Shown in pieces: positions 7,379 through 14,033 of a stretch of 32,000 nucleotides of DNA. The notes under the pieces were generated by a model. That model worked only from the letters and a program-made list of their open reading frames with translations, searched no databases and was not told the DNA's origin. Numbering within the stretch: the stretch's first letter is position 1; the number at the start of each line of letters is the position of its first letter. Origin of the DNA: Candidatus Methylomirabilota bacterium (GTDB lineage: Bacteria > Methylomirabilota > Methylomirabilia > Methylomirabilales > Methylomirabilaceae). Location of the stretch: the NCBI GenBank assembly GCA_003104975.1, contig PQAM01000019.1, positions 1-32,000 of the forward strand. Direction: 5' to 3'. The translations under genes were made by a program, and so were the position numbers.

Positions 7379-8896
7379 TTAGAACCGAACCATCAACTCG
7401 GCGATACCCTGATGGGTGAGTTCGCCCTGCGTGTTGTTGCTGACACCGAAGAAGTTCCGTCCCGGCGTGACATCGGTGAGCAGGTAGTTCGCCCGAACGA
7501 AGACGTTGGGGTTGGCATACCAGGTCAGGCCCAGTGTCCCGGCCCGCACCCGCAGCGTATCCTCGGTCGTACCAGCGGCCGGGGTGAAATTGCCCTTGGT
7601 GTCCTCGACCCGCAGGTGCTCGTAGCGGCCGTTGAGCAGCACGCCCTTCAGCTTGTTGCCGTAGAGCCAAAAGCCGATCGTGCCATAGCCGCCCATCATG
7701 CGAAGGTCCTCGAGGTTCGAGCCGCCCGCACCCACGCCGTCGCGCTCCTGAGAGGCATAGTGGAACTCGCCCTTGAGGATGAACGGATACAGATCGAAGA
7801 CGACGTCGGCGCCGGTGGTGACGCGGTCGCCATTGATCAGGAAGCCGTTCATGCTGGTACCGGCACCGTCACCGCCGAACTTATCCCCTAACGTGCTCAC
7901 CGGGTTAAAGCGGTGGAACTTCGAGCCGCCCCCGACAGGTGCCGTGACGCCGTTGGTATCGGTCGCGCCGGCCCCCCGCCGTATGTTGAAGGTACGGAAG
8001 TCGGCATTCACGCCGACGGTGAGGGCGCCAAAGGGCATCGCAGGCGAAACGGTCAAGCGGCCCGTATACTCCTTGTCGCCGTCGTTGTCGACGCTGCCGG
8101 GGCACTGATCGACCCGACCGCAACCGTTAAATACGCCGACCCCGTAATAGATGGGCAACGTGTCGGCAAGTTTGAGATTACCCGAGAGCAGGACGCCCAT
8201 CTGCAGGTCCGGCGAAAAGGCCCGGTTGACAAAGGACCGCTGTGCAGCGAAGTCCAGGTCCTGGGTCGCCATGCCCTGCTCGAGGCTGTAGTGGTGCCGC
8301 ATCTGTCCGGCGGTGACCTTCAACCATGGGGTATAGCTGTAGCTGACAAAACCTGTTTCGATCCGGGCGCCGATATTGCCGCCGGTAAACTCCGGCTCGA
8401 TATGGAAGCCGAAGTCCCTGAAGATCGTCCCGTTGAAGATGACCCGGACACGATGCAACTTCAACGTGCTGGGGCGGTGTCGACCGATTGCCGCCGTCTT
8501 GTCGGAGGCACCGTCGACATCCTCTTCATTCCGCGATGCCTCGACCTGCGCCAACGTCTGCACGTAGCCGCCGATATTCAGTCGGTGCTGACCATCGGCT
8601 GACTTCAGGTAGAACCCCTTTCCGGGCCAGGGGTCAAATCCGGTCTGGAGGGATGATGCCGTCGCCTCCGCGGCCTTCTTCTCTACCTCCATCACACGTC
8701 GGGTCACCTCTTCCTGTTGCGTGGTCCGCTCCTGCCGCAATCGCTGCATCTCCTGCTGCAACTGCTGCAACGACCGCTGCTGTGTCTCAAAGGCCTGCTC
8801 AAGCTCTGTGAGCTTGTCGGCCCATGCCCCTACCGGGGCGAGCAGCAGAGCGCTGCCCAAGACCGCACCACGAACCCACCACTTTCTTTGAGCCAT
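7379..8896 (-). CDS. outer-membrane beta-barrel porin with N-terminal coiled coil (phosphate-selective porin O/P-like)
   Basis: Signal peptide ...APVGAWA|DKL. Heptad-like Q/E/R-rich segment LTELEQAFETQQRSLQQLQQEMQRLRQERTTQQEEV. Alternating beta-strand pattern and C-terminal ...ELMVRF (terminal Phe, an OMP signature). Family assignment is by resemblance only. Confidence 0.7.
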   Translation of the reverse strand: MAQRKWWVRGAVLGSALLLAPVGAWADKLTELEQAFETQQRSLQQLQQEMQRLRQERTTQQEEVTRRVMEVEKKAAEATASSLQTGFDPWPGKGFYLKSADGQHRLNIGGYVQTLAQVEASRNEEDVDGASDKTAAIGRHRPSTLKLHRVRVIFNGTIFRDFGFHIEPEFTGGNIGARIETGFVSYSYTPWLKVTAGQMRHHYSLEQGMATQDLDFAAQRSFVNRAFSPDLQMGVLLSGNLKLADTLPIYYGVGVFNGCGRVDQCPGSVDNDGDKEYTGRLTVSPAMPFGALTVGVNADFRTFNIRRGAGATDTNGVTAPVGGGSKFHRFNPVSTLGDKFGGDGAGTSMNGFLINGDRVTTGADVVFDLYPFILKGEFHYASQERDGVGAGGSNLEDLRMMGGYGTIGFWLYGNKLKGVLLNGRYEHLRVEDTKGNFTPAAGTTEDTLRVRAGTLGLTWYANPNVFVRANYLLTDVTPGRNFFGVSNNTQGELTHQGIAELMVRF

Positions 8897-9070
8897 GATC
8901 CTCCTCCCTCTGCGTCAGGTTAACCACCGCGCTCCCGAGATCGAAGCGCGTTTGCGGATGCGGGGCGCCAAAATAACTCCGCCCCGATGAGACGATCTTC
9001 GCGGTGTATACAGGCTTCCCAACCTCATTAGAGGACTTGCAGTAGGGCGCTGACTTCAGTGATGGGCGTC

Positions 9071-9100
9071 ACTATTGCACATGCGTTACTCCCGTGTCAA
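9071..9100 (-). promoter_or_regulatory. candidate sigma-70 promoter for the porin gene
   Basis: On the minus strand: TTGACA (9100-9095), 18 nt, AATAGT (9076-9071). Motif match only. Confidence 0.3.
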
Positions 9101-9470
9101 GGGTTTTCTTCATCAGCCTGTCCGATGTTTCCTACGCGAGCGCTGGTGCCCCACGTCCGGTTCAGGCTGTCCCTGCGACGTCGTGTCGCAGCGACCGGCC
9201 AATACGGGCGTTGACCATCAACTCCGTATGTCCGTATGCCTTCGACGTCTCCCGTCATCAGCCCGCCGCCATGGTGTTCATGTATGATGTATTTCTAAAG
9301 ACCAAATGCCTATGTAAGCGTCTCTATAATGGTAGCAACGAATCCGGCGATGAACAGCTCGCGAATCAATCTTCGGTGTATACGAAACTTGTCGCGGGTG
9401 ACTTCAACATCGGCAATCGTGGACGCTGAATCATCATGCTCGGAGACCTCTGAAAACATCCCTTTTCGGC

Positions 9471-9499
9471 TTGACAGGTCCTACTGAGAAATGTATATT
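9471..9499 (+). promoter_or_regulatory. near-consensus sigma-70 promoter for the PAS-LuxR regulator
   Basis: TTGACA (9471-9476), exactly 17 nt, TATATT (9494-9499). The ORF-track ATG at 9491 falls inside this promoter, which argues for the downstream start at 9683. Confidence 0.5.
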
Positions 9500-9682
9500 G
9501 ATTCCATGGCTCACCCAGGCAACGGACTGAAACGGTCGGGGCGAATCCAACGGGCAGATCGACGGCCTGATGACGGTATCCGTGCAGGCGAGGCGGTCGT
9601 CCGCCATGCCGGTGCAGAAAATAACCGACGGCCTGCGGCTGATGTGACAGGTACACGCAACGAGTCGGGGGGTGGACAGGCG

Positions 9683-10390
9683 ATGGAGCCGCGGGAGGCC
9701 GCCTTCAAACTCTTCGCAGAGACGGCCGATGGCGTATTTATCAGCGCACCGACGGGTGAAATATTGTTCTGCAACTCGGCCGCTGAGACCATTCTGGAAG
9801 CCTCTGCCGAGCAGGTCGTCGGGCAGCAGTGTCGGGAGTTCTTCAACGGTCGTGACAGTAACGGCAATCAGCTTTGCCAGTGGCCGTGTCCGCTCAAGAT
9901 GTCGCTCAGCCGCGGTGACCTGATCCAGCATTTTGAGATGGCTACACGGACCCGGACAGGGAAACCGCTCTGGATCGACGTGAGCTGTGTCGCTCTCCCT
10001 ACCGAGAATAGCCAACCGCCAACCGTTGTTCATCTCTTTCGCGATGTCACAGCCGCGCACCAGCTTGAGGTATTGGTGCGGCAGCAACTGGCTCAGACTC
10101 AGCTCACGATGAGCGAGAAGACGGTTTCTCCCATCGGCGAGCTTACTCGCCGGGAACTGCAGGTGGTCACCCTTATGCGGACCGGTGCAACGACGGCAGC
10201 CATTGCGGAGCAACTCTTCATCAGCAAAACTACCGTGAGAAATCACATCCAGAACATCTTCAGTAAACTCAAGGTCCACTCGAGGCTCGAGGCGGTCGCC
10301 TACGTGAACGAGATGTCGAGGCGAGAGCCGAACCGAACAGAAGCCGGACCGTCATCCGGGGCGGCCAAGGAACCCCACAAGGCTGCATGA
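9683..10390 (+). CDS. one-component transcriptional regulator, PAS sensor domain plus LuxR/FixJ-type HTH
   Basis: PAS-like N-terminus (FKLFAETADGVFISAPTGEILFCNSAAETILE...PLWIDVSCVAL...HLFRDVT). C-terminal LuxR HTH (LTRRELQVVTLMRTGATTAAIAEQLFISKTTVRNHIQNIFSKLKV). No receiver domain. Start set at Met65 of the tracked ORF (9491..10390). Confidence 0.8.
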   Translation: MEPREAAFKLFAETADGVFISAPTGEILFCNSAAETILEASAEQVVGQQCREFFNGRDSNGNQLCQWPCPLKMSLSRGDLIQHFEMATRTRTGKPLWIDVSCVALPTENSQPPTVVHLFRDVTAAHQLEVLVRQQLAQTQLTMSEKTVSPIGELTRRELQVVTLMRTGATTAAIAEQLFISKTTVRNHIQNIFSKLKVHSRLEAVAYVNEMSRREPNRTEAGPSSGAAKEPHKAA

Positions 10391-10604
10391 TGAGTGCGAT
10401 GCGGAACGATTCAGCGAATCGCCGAATGATCACGTGCTCAATACATCGTTATGATGTTCGGGAGACCAGTAGTCCCTTGAACCGTATCCTTTGCCCTGCA
10501 GGGTGGATCAGCGCGTCGCCGTGCGATCGGGTAAACCCCGTTTTAACATTCTGTACGTCCATTACACCACTGCGCCGCTTGAATTACCCATTGCTAGTGC
10601 ATCT

Positions 10605-10640
10605 GCATCATCATATTGAGTCAATCGCAGGATTTACGAG
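10605..10640 (+). repeat. upstream element copy a (nod1 5' region)
   Basis: gcatcatcatattgagtcaatcgcaggatttacgag. It shares GCATC...TTGA...ATCG(C/T)AGGATTTA with copy b, which lies 74 nt downstream. Confidence 0.4.
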
Positions 10641-10678
10641 TCCCGTTTGGGATAGTAAAACTATACCATAGTACATAT

Positions 10679-10714
10679 GCATCCCGGTTTGATTCGATCG
10701 TAGGATTTAGAGAG
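10679..10714 (+). repeat. upstream element copy b (nod1 5' region)
   Basis: gcatcccggtttgattcgatcgtaggatttagagag. By eye it is ~75% identical to copy a with one 1-nt gap, and it is related to 13712-13750 upstream of nod2. Confidence 0.4.
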
Positions 10715-10960
10715 TCTATAGGGGACCGCAGTTATTACCGCCATGGAGGCGTTCCCCATGAATGACAGGATGCAGATCGATAAGCAGCGTAGCGGGCCAT
10801 CGCCTGGTCGACCGGGCATGTGCCGTCGGGCCCGCACCCTGCACGCCGTTCGGGAAGCGCGCGCACCCCCGACGGCCTGGGACACCACGTTCAAGACGGC
10901 ACCGTAATAACAATGCACGAGTGGCTACCTCAAAGCGGGGCAGAGCCACGGGAGGTAACA

Positions 10961-13393
10961 ATGAGTCCTAATCCCAGCGGAAGCGTAAGTAAGGGCAAGA
11001 ACGAGAGGACATTTGCCCAGGCACTACTGATTAAAAAGTATTGGTGGCTTCATGCTTTGATCGTTACTGCCATCAGCGTCATCGGGTTGATCGCACTTGG
11101 CGTCTGGACCTATACCAGCGTCCCCCCGTTGGTCAATTTCGTCTCGTCCAGCGGAGAGGTCGTCATCCCTGAATGGGAAATGCAGCGTGGGAAGCAGGTC
11201 TTCCACCTGAAGGGCCTGATGACCTACGGTTCGTTCTGGGGTGATGGCGCAGAGCGCGGTCCGGACTTCTCGGCCGAGGCCCTGCATCGCACCTTTGTTT
11301 CCATGGGTAAGTACTATGAGCAGCAGATCGAAAAAAGCGGACGCACCGTCACCCAGGACGACCGGGACGGGATCGCGGGCCGCGTGAAGCGCGAGATCCA
11401 CGAGAACGGCTTCGATGCATCGGCCAACGTGATCCGCCTGAACGACGCGCAGATTTTCGCCTATAATGAGTTGATCGAGCACTACACTAAGATGTTCACC
11501 GATTCAACCTATGAAGAAGCCTTCCAGAAGGGCCGAATCCAGAACTTTATCAGCAACCCCGCCGACCTGAAGGCCCTCGCGGGCTACTTCTTCTGGGGCG
11601 GTTGGGTAGCCGGCGCGAATCGGCCGGGTGAGACCTACAGCTACACCCACAACTGGCCGTACGATCCGGATGCCGGCAACCTCCCGACCTATCCGACCTA
11701 TATCTGGAGCTTCCTCTCGCTCTTGGTCCTGTTCGCTGGTACCATGCTGGTGCTGTATGTCTATGGTGAGATGAAGACCCTGCCGGGCGAGCCGTTCAAC
11801 GGTCGCGACTGGTCGCTCACCACGATCGACCTCGAGAACAAGGGTGATGCCTATGTGCGCCCGACCCAGCGCGCAACCTACAAGTTCTTCGCCTTTGCGG
11901 TGATCCTGTTCCTGGTGCAGGTTATCGCGGGTATCATTGCGGCAGAGGATTTCGTGGGTGGCGGTCCGGCTGATGCAGTCCTGAGCGCGATCGGCCTTAC
12001 CATTCCGTTCAGCGTGGCGCGTGGTTGGCATGCCATCGTCCAGATCTACTGGTTCTTCATGGCGTGGACCGGCTACACCCTGTTCTTCTTGCCCCGCATT
12101 TCCAAGGTGCCTAACGGCCAGCGCTTCCTGATTAACCTGCTGTTCACCCTGTGCGTCATCGTCGGCGCCGGCGCCCTGTTCGGCATCTGGATGGGCCACA
12201 CCGGGTATTTCGCCAGCGACGACATGGCCTACTGGTTCGGCAGCCAGGGTTGGGAGTTCCTGGAGCTCGGCCGGTTCTGGCACATCCTGATGCTGGCCTC
12301 GTTTGTGCTGTGGGTCTACATCATCTTCCGCGCCGTCAAGCCCTGGATCACCAGCCAGAACCTCTGGTCCGTTCCGGCTTGGCTGTTCTACGGCAGCGGC
12401 ATCATGGTGCTGTTCCTGTTCTTCGGGATGTTCATGACCCCGTCGCAGAACTTCGCTATCTCCGACTACTGGCGGTGGATGAACATTCATATGTGGGTTG
12501 AGGTAACCTTCGAGGTCTTCACCACCTGTATCGTGGGCTACATGCTGGTTCAGATGGGTCTGGTCAACCGGGCCATGGCCGAGCGGGTTATCTTCCTCGC
12601 CGTCATGATGTTCCTGGTGACCGCCCTGATCGGGATCTCCCACAACTTCTACTGGATCGCCAAGCCGACAGGGATCATCGCCCTGGGTAGCGTCTTCTCC
12701 ACCATGCAGGTGTTGCCGTTGCTCCTGATCACCCTGGATGCCTGGAAGATGCGGACGGAGCGCGCTCGGGCTCACGAGGCTCTGGCCGAGGGCAAGCAGC
12801 GCTTCGTGATGGACGGCGTCTGGACCTTCATCCTGGCCGTCAACTTCTGGAACATCTTCGGTGCGGGCGTGATGGGCTCGCTCATCAACCTGCCGATCGT
12901 CAACTACTATGAGCATGGCACCTATCTGACCGGTAACCATGCCCACGGCGCCATGTTCGGCGTCAAGGGGAACATCGCGATCGCCGGTATGCTCTTCGCG
13001 TGTCAGCACCTGTTCCAGCGCTCTGCCTGGAATGAGAAGCTGATCAAGACCATCTTCTGGAGCCTGCAGATCGGTATCGTGATGATGATGCTCATGGATA
13101 TGTTCCCGATCGGGCTGTATCAGTTGGCCGCGATCTTCCAGCACGGCTTCTGGTATGGCCGCCAGCAGTCCTTCGTCACCAACGAGGTTTGGCACACCCT
13201 GACCTGGCTGCGCGCCATCGGCGGTGTGGTCTTCATGTTCGGTGGCGTCCTGCCTCTCATGTGGTTCATTCTGTCGAGGGGTACTCGGATGGTCCGCGAA
13301 GCCGCCGTCGTTGAGGAGGGTGAGTGGACGATCTACGATCGAGAGAAGGCGAAGGAGCGGGAAGCTTGGGCCGCTTCTGACGAGGCGTTCTAG
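10961..13393 (+). CDS. nod: qNor-like haem-copper oxidase with substituted active site; putative nitric oxide dismutase, paralogue 1
   Basis: GGAGG RBS 10951-10955. 810 aa from ATG 10961 (the ORF track extends to 10820). N-terminal TM helix plus periplasmic domain fused to a 12-TM NorB-like core. HMWVEVTFE (His510, Glu514, Glu518), SHNFYW (His561-Asn562 where NORs have His-His), STMQVLPL (Gln583 where NORs have Glu), NHAHG haem ligands. Confidence 0.85.
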   Translation: MSPNPSGSVSKGKNERTFAQALLIKKYWWLHALIVTAISVIGLIALGVWTYTSVPPLVNFVSSSGEVVIPEWEMQRGKQVFHLKGLMTYGSFWGDGAERGPDFSAEALHRTFVSMGKYYEQQIEKSGRTVTQDDRDGIAGRVKREIHENGFDASANVIRLNDAQIFAYNELIEHYTKMFTDSTYEEAFQKGRIQNFISNPADLKALAGYFFWGGWVAGANRPGETYSYTHNWPYDPDAGNLPTYPTYIWSFLSLLVLFAGTMLVLYVYGEMKTLPGEPFNGRDWSLTTIDLENKGDAYVRPTQRATYKFFAFAVILFLVQVIAGIIAAEDFVGGGPADAVLSAIGLTIPFSVARGWHAIVQIYWFFMAWTGYTLFFLPRISKVPNGQRFLINLLFTLCVIVGAGALFGIWMGHTGYFASDDMAYWFGSQGWEFLELGRFWHILMLASFVLWVYIIFRAVKPWITSQNLWSVPAWLFYGSGIMVLFLFFGMFMTPSQNFAISDYWRWMNIHMWVEVTFEVFTTCIVGYMLVQMGLVNRAMAERVIFLAVMMFLVTALIGISHNFYWIAKPTGIIALGSVFSTMQVLPLLLITLDAWKMRTERARAHEALAEGKQRFVMDGVWTFILAVNFWNIFGAGVMGSLINLPIVNYYEHGTYLTGNHAHGAMFGVKGNIAIAGMLFACQHLFQRSAWNEKLIKTIFWSLQIGIVMMMLMDMFPIGLYQLAAIFQHGFWYGRQQSFVTNEVWHTLTWLRAIGGVVFMFGGVLPLMWFILSRGTRMVREAAVVEEGEWTIYDREKAKEREAWAASDEAF

Positions 13394-13433
13394 TCTCGTT
13401 ACCTACTGCGGTAGGTACGTCATACCTCACGTC

Positions 13434-13476
13434 AATACCCCCCGGTACCGAACGGTACCGGGGGGTATTGTTTTTT
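13434..13476 (+). terminator. intrinsic terminator of nod paralogue 1
   Basis: 16-bp stem AATACCCCCCGGTACC (13434-13449) / GGTACCGGGGGGTATT (13454-13469), loop GAAC, then GTTTTTT. Confidence 0.85.
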
Positions 13477-13711
13477 CGAGTTTCGGGCGTGAAACGCCGA
13501 TTTACCTTCATCACCACCCAGACCAACGCCTCCGTTGACCCTCTAAGCGTTCGAATGCCCACCAACTGCTTCTTCGCCTAAGCCCACGGTCATCCCTAGT
13601 GGTCTCACCCCCAAGCCCTCGGACTTGTTCGGCCTTCAATGTCCTAATGCATTTGCACTAGCCGTCCGTTCGATCAACGAACGCGTGGGCGTCTGGCGTA
13701 GTAGTGCATTC

Positions 13712-13750
13712 GCATCCCAATTTGAGCTGAACATCCGATTGTAGGAGGAG
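13712..13750 (+). repeat. upstream element copy (nod2 5' region)
   Basis: gcatcccaatttgagctgaacatccgattgtaggaggag. It aligns to 10679-10714 (GCATCCC..TTTGA, then TCCGATTGTAGGA versus TTCGATCGTAGGA) with an 8-nt insertion. Confidence 0.35.
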
Positions 13751-14033
13751 AAAAAGGTGTCTACATTTTGTCTGAAGTTCATTTTTAGAATCTCGGAGGG
13801 ACGGTAAGACATGAACCTGGGGTGGTGTGGAGGTAGTACGAAGCGCCGGCGCGGTCGTCCGGTGGCAGGGCGGCGCTACGCGGCTCGGTTGAATGAATCC
13901 CGTCATACGCCTCGCGAAGCGCGGGCTCCTCCCGTTGCGGGGCTTTGGCCCGGTCACAAAGAGGGGAGTTGGTGACACACAAAGCATTGCAAGTGCAGTA
14001 GCTGTAATGAAGCGTAACATATAGGAGGTTGTT

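Noticed and set aside
9434-10279. 281-aa minus-strand ORF, and the N-terminal extension of the regulator ORF from ATG 9491
   Set aside because: The minus-strand ORF is antisense to a clear PAS-LuxR frame. ATG 9491 lies inside the TTGACA-17-TATATT promoter, and the 64 extra residues are Arg/Gly/Ala-rich with no domain.
13694-13708. Sigma-54-like TGGCGT-N5-TGCA upstream of nod2
   Set aside because: The GG-to-GC spacing is 11 nt rather than the strict 12 nt, and there is no counterpart upstream of nod1.
13757-13807. 16-codon upstream ORF (GTG 13757, MSTFCLKFIFRISEGR) with an ideal AGGAGGAG 6 nt upstream, in the nod2 leader
   Set aside because: The initiation signal is striking, but the SD-like sequence is part of the repeated element, and the equivalent nod1 copies read AGGATTTA with no ORF. 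It is too short to evaluate without ribosome profiling.
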